Positions 17,889 to 26,738 of a DNA stretch of 64,000 nucleotides are shown here, piece after piece. Source of the stretch: Christensenella sp. Its GTDB lineage: Bacteria > Bacillota > Clostridia > Christensenellales > CAG-138. The position numbers and the translations under genes are program-made. Below the pieces are notes generated by a model, which saw only the letters and a program-made list of their open reading frames with translations, made no database searches and was not told where the DNA came from. Location of the stretch: assembly GCA_034926785.1 (NCBI GenBank), contig JAYFQU010000023.1, forward strand, positions 458 through 64,457. The letters are read 5' to 3'. The first letter of the stretch is position 1. Every line of letters starts with the position of its first letter.

Positions 17889-18911
17889 CTATTTCAATGC
17901 GGTTTCGGAATCACGTCGCTTTTTCTTTGCTCGTGAGATGGCAAACGCCGTACCCGCCGCCAAAGCAAGCACAATCCCGCCGCCGATAAGCCCCGCGCCG
18001 GAGGTGGAAACGGCCTCGGAAGCCGCCCCTATAGAATAGTCCGGCATGATGGCGGTCTTGCTTTGAATCCACTCGGATATGGCGTAGACGGGGCCGCCTG
18101 CCCGCGGTTCCTCCGCGCCCGCCACCTTGCCGATGGACCACTCCAACCCGTCGGGGCTGGCAGAGGCGAAGAGCGAGAGCCCCCCCGCGATCAGAACGGT
18201 TGCAGCCAGCAATCCCAACACAACCTTTTTGAGCGACACACTGCGATCCAACCGCCGCTTGCTTTGCGCACATTCGAGCAGTTCAGGGCGTGCCTGATGC
18301 ACAAAGATCAGTATCGCGCCCGTCACAAGCCCCTCCACAAGGCCGATCGCCAGATGGATTGGCTGCATAAGCAGCACAAAGCTTTGGAACGGCAGCGCGG
18401 TGATGCCGGAGGCAAGGGTTTCCAGCACAACCGAAAATGCGCCGAGCTGCAGACCGGCCACCACGCCGAGCACCGAGGCGAGCATGATGCGCGGCTTCGT
18501 GATCCTCTTTTTCAAGATGGGTTTATAGATCAGGGGGTAGGCAACGAGGCAGGCGAGCACGCCCATGTTAAAGAGATTGCAGCCGAGCGCAAGCAGGCCC
18601 CCGTCCGCAAAGAACAAGCACTGAATCAGCAGCACCGCCGCGATGGAGATCATCCCCGGGTAGGCGCCAAGCAGCGCCGCAAGCAGAATACCCCCGCCGA
18701 TATGCCCGCTGCTGCCCGTGCCGGGAATCGTAAAATTAACCATTTGCGCGGCAAAGACAAATGCGCTCATCACGCCCATGACCGGAACGGTCTTATCCTC
18801 CAATACGTGGTCACGCTTGGTTTTGACGACGGAGTAAGCAAGCGCCGCGCCGCTGACGGCGAGCATGCCGATCCCCACCGCGGGAGAGACAAGCGCATCG
18901 GACATATGCAT
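17889..18911 (-). CDS. cbiM: CbiM/NikM-family substrate component fused to a C-terminal PDGLE (CbiN/NikN-like) domain
   Basis: The N-terminus MHMSDALVSP retains the metal-ligating Met-His start of CbiM/NikM. ASPDGLEWS lies in the C-terminal third, followed by a final TM. Start trimmed from 19118 to ATG 18911 (AAGGAAA RBS; extended -10 TGCTATAAT about 45 nt upstream). Confidence 0.8.
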   Translation of the reverse strand: MHMSDALVSPAVGIGMLAVSGAALAYSVVKTKRDHVLEDKTVPVMGVMSAFVFAAQMVNFTIPGTGSSGHIGGGILLAALLGAYPGMISIAAVLLIQCLFFADGGLLALGCNLFNMGVLACLVAYPLIYKPILKKRITKPRIMLASVLGVVAGLQLGAFSVVLETLASGITALPFQSFVLLMQPIHLAIGLVEGLVTGAILIFVHQARPELLECAQSKRRLDRSVSLKKVVLGLLAATVLIAGGLSLFASASPDGLEWSIGKVAGAEEPRAGGPVYAISEWIQSKTAIMPDYSIGAASEAVSTSGAGLIGGGIVLALAAGTAFAISRAKKKRRDSETALK

Positions 18912-19180
18912 GGCTAGGGTTTCCTTTCGAGCTGGCTGTAGAGTATTATAGCACACTTGTCCAATCAGAATCGTCTTGTTCCTCGCGGCGTAAAGCACAG
19001 CGCCCGAACAGCCGTTTCGGACAATGGCCTTATCCCCCATCTCGTCAACTCCAAAAAAACATCGCAACCCCGTTGTTGCTCTGCCCGCGCAGCTTTTGCG
19101 CTCAGATACAACTCTCATTGCGATGTTATGACCTGATTCCTATTGTGTTGAGTCCCGTGGCGGTGTTTTCTCGCCGCCAA

Positions 19181-20248
19181 CTACCGGCGTCGTTTGATGC
19201 CGCCATTTTCGCGAATGGCGAGCACAACGCTTTGCAGCAGGATGAAGAAGCACAGCATAAGCCCTGTCGTAATGCTCTGCCAATAGGGCTCCCTAAGGCC
19301 GGATGCGATGACGATATTGCTGATGGTCTTGAGCGAGAGAACCCCAAAGAGCGTGCCGAACACATTGCCAACGCCTCCGGTGAGCAGCGTACCGCCGATG
19401 ATAGAGGAGGCAATCGCCTGCATCTCCGCGGCGGTCGCGTTGGAGGCATTTCCCGCGCCCGTGTGCAGAAGGTAAACATATCCGCCGATGCCGGAGAGCA
19501 GCCCGCAGAGCAGGTAGGAGAAGAACTTCGTGCGCTTCACATTGATGCCAAGCATCAGCGCACTCTGGTTGTTTCCGCCGACCGCGTACAGGTTGCGCCC
19601 AAACCGCGTCCAGCGAAGCATGGCGAAGATCAAAAGAACGACGCACAGCGCAATAATGACGCCAAGCTCAATTCTCGCGGGGATAAAATTACCCGTCTTA
19701 CCGTAGGAGCCGATGCCCGGAATGACAATCCGAAACTCTTTTAAGGAAAGAAACGCCTCGTGCACCGCGGTACGCGGCGCGGCGCTGACGATCGTCGTCA
19801 TGCCCTTGGCAAAAAACATTCCCGCGAGGGACACAATAAACGGCTGAATCTCCAAATAGGAAACGAGAAATCCCTGCACCAAGCCGAATGAGAGCCCGAT
19901 TGTCAATGCCAGAGCAATGGAACCGGCGACGCTGCCGGAATGATCGTCCAGATAGACGACGCAGATCATGGTGATCAGCGCCGTAATTCCGCCAACGGAG
20001 ATATCGATCCCGCCCGCGATCATGACGACGGTCAATCCGCAGGACAGAACGATTAAAAACGCATTGTTGTTGAAGATATCCAGAAACTGCTGTGGGTTTA
20101 AGAATCCGCCGCCCCAAACCGCCATCGCCAGCGTATACATGCCCGCAAAGGTAAAAATTGTAATCGCAAGCAGCAGGTTGGTGTTGGAGATTGGCTCCCT
20201 TGACCGGTTTAATTGTGTTGTGGTTGATACGTCTCTATTGCTTGCCAT
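19181..20248 (-). CDS. Sugar ABC transporter permease (RbsC/YjfF-like)
   Basis: 355-aa multi-TM protein of the branched-chain/ribose-type permease family (GGIDISVGGITAL...). It is the last gene of an SBP-ATPase-permease-permease operon. Confidence 0.82.
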   Translation of the reverse strand: MASNRDVSTTTQLNRSREPISNTNLLLAITIFTFAGMYTLAMAVWGGGFLNPQQFLDIFNNNAFLIVLSCGLTVVMIAGGIDISVGGITALITMICVVYLDDHSGSVAGSIALALTIGLSFGLVQGFLVSYLEIQPFIVSLAGMFFAKGMTTIVSAAPRTAVHEAFLSLKEFRIVIPGIGSYGKTGNFIPARIELGVIIALCVVLLIFAMLRWTRFGRNLYAVGGNNQSALMLGINVKRTKFFSYLLCGLLSGIGGYVYLLHTGAGNASNATAAEMQAIASSIIGGTLLTGGVGNVFGTLFGVLSLKTISNIVIASGLREPYWQSITTGLMLCFFILLQSVVLAIRENGGIKRRR

Positions 20249-20252
20249 ATGA

Positions 20253-21311
20253 TTACATCTCCGTAACTTTCATCGGTTTGGTAAACAGCTTGTCACGCAG
20301 CATAAGAACATATCGTTTCACAACCGGCGAGCCAAGCACCACAATGGCGATGATAACAATCGCCTTGTAGGCCTTTACCGCCGTGGACGAAACCTTCATG
20401 GCGTAGAGCGTAATGGTCAGCGCCTGTATGATATATGCGCCAATGACCGATCCGGTCAGGCTGAATTTTCCGCCGCCGAGCGCATTGCCGCCAATGGCAA
20501 CCGCCAGAATCGCATCCATCTCAATATCCAGCAGCATGGTTTCATGGTTGATTAGGCCCATTCGGCTGACGCCGATGCAGCCCGCCATCGCCGTGCAGAC
20601 GCCGAGCATCATGAAGGACATGAGCTTGATCCAAACCGGATTGATGCCGTTGAGCCGGGCGGAACGCTCGTTGATTCCAACCGTCTGCGTATAGAGGCCA
20701 AGGTTGGTGAAACGCAGCAGCAGCGACACCAGTATGCCGAATACGATGACGATTAGAATTGGCGTTGGAATCGGAATGCCCGGAATAAAGCTTCCGATAT
20801 AGCCAAGAAGCGGGCTCTCTACCGTGGGCGTCGCGCCGCCGTTAATCCAGTAGGCAATCGGCCGCCCGGCTGTAAAGAGAATCAGAGTCGCGATCATCGG
20901 CTGAATTCGAAACACGGAAACCAACGTGCCGTTGAACATGCCAAACAGTATGGCGACGACGCAGCTCGCCAGAAACGCAACCAGAATCATCGGCATGGAG
21001 ATGTTGTGCTCGCGCAGAATTCGGACGAATACGCTTCCGGCAATCGCGGCCAGCGCGCCAACGCTGATATCCTGCCCGCCGCAGGCCGCGGTCACCAGCG
21101 TCATGCCAATTGCAAGAATCGCGAGTTCCGACGCGCCGTTTAAAATGCTGATGATGTTGCCCGAGAGAACCGCGTTTCCCGCGTTGTTGGTTGTGATGCT
21201 GAGGGAAAAGAACCCTACGTCCCGAATGAGATTGAACACCACCAGCAACAGCAGCGCAAACAAAGGGATCACCAGCTGCGACTTCATCAGTTTTTGAAAT
21301 CTGTTATCCAT
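20253..21311 (-). CDS. Sugar ABC transporter permease (RbsC/YtfT-like)
   Basis: 352-aa multi-TM protein (GGQDISVGALAAI...). It overlaps the ATPase stop by 8 nt. Confidence 0.82.
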   Translation of the reverse strand: MDNRFQKLMKSQLVIPLFALLLLVVFNLIRDVGFFSLSITTNNAGNAVLSGNIISILNGASELAILAIGMTLVTAACGGQDISVGALAAIAGSVFVRILREHNISMPMILVAFLASCVVAILFGMFNGTLVSVFRIQPMIATLILFTAGRPIAYWINGGATPTVESPLLGYIGSFIPGIPIPTPILIVIVFGILVSLLLRFTNLGLYTQTVGINERSARLNGINPVWIKLMSFMMLGVCTAMAGCIGVSRMGLINHETMLLDIEMDAILAVAIGGNALGGGKFSLTGSVIGAYIIQALTITLYAMKVSSTAVKAYKAIVIIAIVVLGSPVVKRYVLMLRDKLFTKPMKVTEM

Positions 21312-22836
21312 TTTCCGCCGTCTCCCCCGCGATCGTGCGCATAATTTTCGACTGCGTCATATCCTCGTTTCTCAGTTCGCCAACGATCTTACGATCCCGC
21401 AGCACGATCAGCCGCGAGCAGGTGCGCAGCATCTCTTCGATTTCGGACGAGATGAAGGTGACGCTAACGCCCTCCTCCGCCAGCTTGAGAACGAGTTTTT
21501 GTATCTCGACCTTGGTGCCGACGTCGATGCCGCGCGTCGGCTCGTCCAGAATCAGATATTGCGGCTTGGTCAGCAGCCAGCGCGCCAAGATCGCCTTTTG
21601 CTGGTTACCGCCGGAGAGGGACTTGATCGGCGTATCCGCCGAGGCGGTCTTGATGTCCAATAGCCGGATGTATTGGTCTGCAAATTCCTCTGCCTCCGCT
21701 TTGGAAAACGGGCGGAAGAACCCGCGTAACACCTGCAAGGCAAGGATGATATTATCCCGAACAGACAGATCCTCTACGATTCCATCCTGTTTCCGATCCT
21801 CCGGCAGGTAGCCGATGCCCTGCTTCATGGCGTCCTTCGGCTTGCCAATCTTGACGCAGTTGCCGTTGATCTTGATCTTGCCGCCCGTCACCTTGTCCGC
21901 GCCAAAGATAGCGCGCACGCATTCGCTGCGACCCGAGCCAAGCAGTCCGGTGAACCCGTTGACCTCCCCTTTGTCAATCCGGAAGTCAAACGGCTTCGTG
22001 CCCGCCGCGCTGGAGAGGCCGACCGCCTCCAGCACCGGCACGGTGTGCGCATCGTCCGGCTGCAGAACGCGGCTGTGCATGTCCGAGATATCGTCCAGCT
22101 CCTTGCCCATCATCTTAGAGATAAGCTGCACGCGCGGCAGATCCTTGATCGCATAGGCGCCGACCAGTTCGCCGTTGCGCAAAACGGTAATTCTGTCGCA
22201 AACCTCATACACCTGTTCTAGAAAATGCGTGATAAAGATAATTCCGACGCCCCTTGCCTTGAGATCGCGCATCAGCGAAAACAGCTTGCCGACCTCGCGC
22301 TCGTCCAGGGAAGATGTCGGCTCATCCAAAATGAGCACCTTGCATTCCATATCCACGGCGCGGGCTATGGCAACCATTTGCTGCACGGCCAGCGAGCAGG
22401 TAGAAAGCTGCTGCGTCGCCCTCGCCGGTATATTCAATTTTTGTAAGATTTCGTCCGTCCTGGCCTCCATCAAGCGCCAGTTGACAAAATGATCATTCCC
22501 GCGGCCGATAAACATATTCTCGGCGACGGTCAGATTTGGGCACAGCGTGATTTCCTGATAGACGGTGCTGATGCCGAGATCCTGGGCATCCTGCGGAGAT
22601 TTAATCGAGATCTCACGGCTTAAATCGGAAAGATAGATTTGCCCCGAGTCCTTGGGATATACGCCCGTTAAAACCTTCACCAGAGTGGATTTGCCGGCTC
22701 CGTTTTCACCCATCAGGGCGTGGATTTCGCCTGCGGAAAGGCTAAAATCGACATTATGCAGCGCACGGACGCCGGGAAAGGATTTACAGATGCTGCGCAT
22801 GGACAAAACGATGTCGTTTGGCATAGGGGTTACCAT
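21304..22836 (-). CDS. Sugar ABC transporter ATP-binding protein, duplicated ABC domains (YtfR/RbsA-like)
   Basis: The first domain has GENGAGKST and LILDEPTSSLD. The second has [15 protein letters not shown] and [13 protein letters not shown]. The start could be ATG 22836 or 22824. Confidence 0.85.
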   Translation of the reverse strand: MVTPMPNDIVLSMRSICKSFPGVRALHNVDFSLSAGEIHALMGENGAGKSTLVKVLTGVYPKDSGQIYLSDLSREISIKSPQDAQDLGISTVYQEITLCPNLTVAENMFIGRGNDHFVNWRLMEARTDEILQKLNIPARATQQLSTCSLAVQQMVAIARAVDMECKVLILDEPTSSLDEREVGKLFSLMRDLKARGVGIIFITHFLEQVYEVCDRITVLRNGELVGAYAIKDLPRVQLISKMMGKELDDISDMHSRVLQPDDAHTVPVLEAVGLSSAAGTKPFDFRIDKGEVNGFTGLLGSGRSECVRAIFGADKVTGGKIKINGNCVKIGKPKDAMKQGIGYLPEDRKQDGIVEDLSVRDNIILALQVLRGFFRPFSKAEAEEFADQYIRLLDIKTASADTPIKSLSGGNQQKAILARWLLTKPQYLILDEPTRGIDVGTKVEIQKLVLKLAEEGVSVTFISSEIEEMLRTCSRLIVLRDRKIVGELRNEDMTQSKIMRTIAGETAENG

Positions 22837-22867
22837 CCTTTATGCGATGCGGATTCCTGAAAATGGC

Positions 22868-22905
22868 GGTGCGAGTATGCAGACCGTGTCCGCATACTCC
22901 GCACC
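22868..22905 (-). terminator. Intra-operon hairpin (partial terminator or mRNA stabiliser) between the SBP and ATPase genes
   Basis: A 13-bp stem, GGTGCGAGTATGC...GCATACTC(C)GCACC. On the reverse strand it is followed by GCCATTTTC. Confidence 0.4.
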
Positions 22906-22954
22906 GACATCCTGATTGAAACTCCCTTAGATGGGAAGAGATCCTTTGGTTTGC

Positions 22955-23992
22955 CTACTCGCCGAGGCCGTAGGTGTCGATATCCGCCTGCGTAATCGTC
23001 GTGGCGTCAAAGCCGCGCTCCTCGGAGATAACCTTCTTCTGGGTCAGGGTTTCGCCAGCTTCGAGCTTTTTGATCATGTCGGAGATCACGGTCGCCTGGA
23101 AGGGGCTGCACTGGCCGTCATAGTTCCAGTTGCCGGCGAGCAGCTCGCGGAGCGCCCACTTGTTGCAGTCAAAGCCCATCACGATGACGGACTTGCCGAC
23201 GCCGTGGGTGATGCCCGCTTCGTCAAGAGCCGCAACGGCGCCCTTGGCCATACCGTCGTTCTCGGCGTAGATGACGTTGAACTCTTCTTTGGCGTTGATG
23301 ACGGATTCCACAATCTGCTTTGCGGTTGCTTCGTCCCAGGTGGCGGTCTGCTGCACAACCTTGGTCATGGTGCCGGCTGCGAACTCCGCATCCAGCGCCG
23401 CGGTGCGGCCGATCTGCGCGTCCGAACCCATCGCGCCCTGAATATGGATGACCTTGTAGGAGTCGAGGTTCTGCGCCTTGAGCCAGTTGACGGCGGTTAC
23501 GCCTTCCTGTGACATGTCGGAGACAACGGCGGCTTCATAGTTGCTCTCGTCCGTGTTGATCATACGGTCGAAGAGGAACACCTTGATGCCGGCTTCCTTC
23601 GCGCTTGAGAGGATGGCATCCCAGCCATCGGTTGCTGCCGCGGAGATGAGCAGGTAGTCTACGCCGTCGGTGATGAACTGAGCCGCCGCATTGAGCTGCT
23701 CGTCATTCTTCAGGCTGTAGAAGGTGGAAACCGCATAGCCGTTCGCTTCCGTAAAGACTTTCTCGAAGTCTGCGACGTTTGCCGCGCGGTATCCGGACTC
23801 CGCCGGCGGGTTGTTGATGATGCCGACTTTGATCAGTTGGGCTGCTGCCGGGGCTTCGGTCGCTGCCGCTGCCGGCGCTTCAGTCGCTGCCGCTGCCGGG
23901 GCTTCGGTGGCTGCCGGTGCCGGAGCCTGCGCGCAAGCTACGGTACCAAACGCCATAAGAGCAACGAGGAGGAGAACAATAATCTTTTTCAT
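22955..23992 (-). CDS. Sugar ABC transporter substrate-binding lipoprotein (type 1 PBP, YtfQ-related)
   Basis: Lipobox GTVAC, three ATEAPAAA linker repeats, then a type-1 PBP body (DGVDYLLISAAATDGW...GIKVFLFDR). Confidence 0.85.
   Translation of the reverse strand: MKKIIVLLLVALMAFGTVACAQAPAPAATEAPAAAATEAPAAAATEAPAAAQLIKVGIINNPPAESGYRAANVADFEKVFTEANGYAVSTFYSLKNDEQLNAAAQFITDGVDYLLISAAATDGWDAILSSAKEAGIKVFLFDRMINTDESNYEAAVVSDMSQEGVTAVNWLKAQNLDSYKVIHIQGAMGSDAQIGRTAALDAEFAAGTMTKVVQQTATWDEATAKQIVESVINAKEEFNVIYAENDGMAKGAVAALDEAGITHGVGKSVIVMGFDCNKWALRELLAGNWNYDGQCSPFQATVISDMIKKLEAGETLTQKKVISEERGFDATTITQADIDTYGLGE
23844..23915 (-). repeat. Three tandem 24-bp coding repeats (ATEAPAAA linker)
   Basis: gctgccggggcttcggtcgctgcc / gctgccggcgcttcagtcgctgcc / gctgccggggcttcggtggctgcc. 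The repeats are in frame inside the SBP gene, just after the lipobox. Confidence 0.9.
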
Positions 23993-24243
23993 GGTTCCGA
24001 TTTCCTTTCCATTTTTTCAGATGTGTTGTATAGATGTGCGCTCGCTTTTGCGATCCCGCATTCACCTTATAACACACAAAAAATCGGAATCCAACCACTT
24101 CCGGCCAATCGCATAAGAATGTCAACCAACTTGAATAGATAACACACCAAGCGAAACGGCGACCGCGAATTTACAGAAAATCCTCCGTAATTTTTTCAAC
24201 GCCGACCGTAAAAAACCGCTGACGAACGCTGAACACTTTATTC

Positions 24244-24280
24244 GAAAAAAACGGGGCTTTGCGTCGCACAATGCCCCGTT
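24244..24280 (-). terminator. Rho-independent terminator after the sensor-module genes
   Basis: The reverse strand reads AACGGGGC-n15-GCCCCGTT followed by TTTTTTC, immediately after the stop at 24287. Confidence 0.75.
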
Positions 24281-24286
24281 CCCCTC

Positions 24287-25297
24287 TCAATATTCCCTGC
24301 TGTCAATCATTTCCTGCGTAATGGTTTGGCTCTCAAAGTAGGTCTCGTCGACATATTTCTCCTGTTCTACCTTCTCGCCGCGCTCCATCCGCTGGATCAT
24401 GTCGGCAACATACGGCCCCTGCAGCGGATTGCACTCCACATTGAGAGCGATTTTTCCCTCCTTGCAATAGGTCAGCCCCAGCTTCGTCGCGTCAAAGGAA
24501 ATGACGATTACGCCGCCGTTCGTGCCGCAGCTTAAGCCCGCCTCCTCCATTGCGTCGATTGCGCCGAGCGCCTCCCCGTCGTTTTCGCAGTAGACGACGT
24601 CGATATCCTTGGTCTCTTTCAAAATCGCCCCCATCACCTCATATGCCTTGGCGCGCGTAAAATCGCCGCATTCCTGCGCCACGATCTGCCAATTCGTATT
24701 TCGCCCTAACGCTTGCTCCAGCGCGGCGGTCCGGCCAATCTGCGCGGAGGAACCGATGGTCCCCTGGATATGGACGATATTCACGGGATTTTGCGTTCGC
24801 CCCTGACGGGTGAGCAGGTTTTCCAGCCAGCGCATGGCCGTCTCACCCTCCTTGCGAAAATCCGAGCCGATATACGCGGTGTAGAGGTTTCTATCCTTCA
24901 CCTCAATATCACGGTCAATGACGATTACCGGTATGCCCGCGTCCCGTGCCTCCAGAAGAATGGAGTTCCAGCCCGTTTCCACGCGCGGCGAAAACACAAT
25001 ATAATCCACATCCTGCTGGATGAACGTTCGGATGGCGCGAATTTGGTTTTCCTGCTCGTTGCGCGCGTCGTCGAAAATCAATTCATAGCCGTTTTCCTCG
25101 CTCAGCGCGGCTTTCATGCTCTCGGAGTTGGCGACGCGCCACTCCGACTCCGCCCCCACCTGAGAAAACCCGACCAGAATGGTATCGCGCAGATTTTCAT
25201 CCGTGTCCCCTGTCTGCGGCTGCGCACCCGACACGCAGCCCGCCAACGCCCCTAGGCAGAATACTGCAAAGCAGATGATACCGAAAACCCTCTTCAT
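24287..25297 (-). CDS. YtfQ-like sugar-binding lipoprotein, probable ligand sensor for the adjacent kinase
   Basis: Lipobox LAGC. The motifs VGFSQVGAESEWRVAN, QENQIRAIRTFI, ETGWNSILLEARDAGIPVIVIDR and VKDRNLY closely follow the E. coli YtfQ pattern as I recall it. It overlaps the upstream kinase gene by 4 nt. Confidence 0.82.
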   Translation of the reverse strand: MKRVFGIICFAVFCLGALAGCVSGAQPQTGDTDENLRDTILVGFSQVGAESEWRVANSESMKAALSEENGYELIFDDARNEQENQIRAIRTFIQQDVDYIVFSPRVETGWNSILLEARDAGIPVIVIDRDIEVKDRNLYTAYIGSDFRKEGETAMRWLENLLTRQGRTQNPVNIVHIQGTIGSSAQIGRTAALEQALGRNTNWQIVAQECGDFTRAKAYEVMGAILKETKDIDVVYCENDGEALGAIDAMEEAGLSCGTNGGVIVISFDATKLGLTYCKEGKIALNVECNPLQGPYVADMIQRMERGEKVEQEKYVDETYFESQTITQEMIDSREY

Positions 25298-26697
25298 GCG
25301 CCCGTCTCCTTCTCGCTGGTCTTCATGGGAATCTTGACAAATATCTTGGTGCCGATATCCGACGTGCTCTCCAGGGAGAGCCCATATTCCGTGCCAAACA
25401 AAATCTGTATTCTCTGATGCACTGTGCGTAGCCCGAATCCTTCCGGTCTGCCGTCCGCAAGCGAATCACGCAGCTCCTGCAGCCGTTCTTCGCTCATGCC
25501 GCTCCCGTCGTCCGCCACTTCAAGGATGATATTCTCGTCCTCCGCGCGCCCGCTCACGCGGATGAGCCCCTTGCGCCGCCGGATCTTGATGCCATGATAA
25601 AGCGCGTTTTCCACGAGCGGCTGGAGGGTAAGCTTTGGCAGAATGTATCGATCCAGCTCTTCCGGTATATCGATTTCATACTCCATCAGGTCGCGATAGC
25701 GCATATGCTGAATTTCCAGATAGCTCTTGATATGCTGCTGCTCCTCCTTGAGCGTGATAACGTTTTGTCCGCGGCTGAGCGAAAATCGAAAAAAGTTGGA
25801 CAAACTGCCGACCATGTTGACCGATTCCGTTATCTCGCCGGACTCGATAAGCCAGACGATGGTATCCAGCGTGTTGTAGAGAAAATGCGGATTGATCTGT
25901 GCCTGTAGCAGGGCCAGTTCCGTTCGCCTGCGTTGTTTTTCCTGCTCCGTGTTGCGCTCGATCTGCCGTTTGAGATGTCCAACCATGTTTTCGATGCCGT
26001 CGGAGAGCAGCTGTACCTCCTCCACATCCGCCTGAATCGGTTCGCAGACCAGCAGCCCGCCGCGCCCGATGGTCACGAGACGGTCGCAGAGCATATCGAT
26101 CGGATCCACGATCCGGCGGCTCAGCTTGCGCGAATAGCTCAGCAGGATGAAAAGCAGCACGAGTGCAAGCACAACCACAACGCCCATAAGCACCACCATG
26201 TTTGTAATCATGGTGGACTGCAGGGCGTCCAGATGCACCGCCTCATAGTAGAGATAGGTATACATGTATTCCTGAATCAAATCCGCCATGACATAGATGT
26301 TGTCATTGAGCTGGCTCATGCGGGAGTCGTATCCTTCGGTCCCCGCAATCTCCTGCATCTTATCCTCGAGGTTGTGGCAGAGGTTCAATACGCTGTTGAT
26401 CGCGCGGAGGCTATCCCGTTCCGCAGTCGTCTCGATGAGCTTTCGCGCAATCGCCTCGGCGGATTTCACCTCTTCGGTCGGCATTCCGACGGAATACTGG
26501 CTGTCGATCACATAATAGTACATCTTGGTCTTGATGGTGTCCGTAAAGTCCCGGTTAAAGTCCGAGGCCGTGGTCACGTTGTTCAAGATCGAATTATACT
26601 GCAAGCCGTATCCGATGCTGATGCCAACCACCAGTATGATGATCAGCATGAGCGGTATGGTGACGATTAAAATCATCTTCCACAGCTTTTTCTGCAT
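25294..26697 (-). CDS. Sensor histidine kinase, YesM/LytS type
   Basis: TM-periplasmic-TM-HAMP architecture, the QINPHFLYNTL phospho-His box, and an HATPase_c domain (ADDGSGM...GFGLRTV). The start is uncertain: ATG 26697 (MQKKLWKMILIV) is preferred, whereas the GTG at 26778 would overlap the regulator gene. Confidence 0.82.
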   Translation of the reverse strand: MQKKLWKMILIVTIPLMLIIILVVGISIGYGLQYNSILNNVTTASDFNRDFTDTIKTKMYYYVIDSQYSVGMPTEEVKSAEAIARKLIETTAERDSLRAINSVLNLCHNLEDKMQEIAGTEGYDSRMSQLNDNIYVMADLIQEYMYTYLYYEAVHLDALQSTMITNMVVLMGVVVVLALVLLFILLSYSRKLSRRIVDPIDMLCDRLVTIGRGGLLVCEPIQADVEEVQLLSDGIENMVGHLKRQIERNTEQEKQRRRTELALLQAQINPHFLYNTLDTIVWLIESGEITESVNMVGSLSNFFRFSLSRGQNVITLKEEQQHIKSYLEIQHMRYRDLMEYEIDIPEELDRYILPKLTLQPLVENALYHGIKIRRRKGLIRVSGRAEDENIILEVADDGSGMSEERLQELRDSLADGRPEGFGLRTVHQRIQILFGTEYGLSLESTSDIGTKIFVKIPMKTSEKETGA

Positions 26698-26738
26698 GGT
26701 CGTCTTTTCGTTCTTTGCCGAAGCGTTGATTTGTTCGA

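Noticed and set aside
18912-19180. Cobalamin or NiCo riboswitch upstream of cbiM
   Set aside because: An extended -10 promoter (TGCTATAAT) lies only ~45 nt from the start codon, leaving no room for an aptamer. The upstream sequence shows only a weak hairpin plus a T-run, which probably terminates the preceding sugar-permease operon. No B12-box-like element was seen.
23844-23915. Tandem repeats considered as a possible CRISPR or minisatellite
   Set aside because: The repeats are contiguous with no spacers, in frame within an SBP gene, and encode an Ala/Thr/Glu/Pro linker. No cas genes are present in the window.
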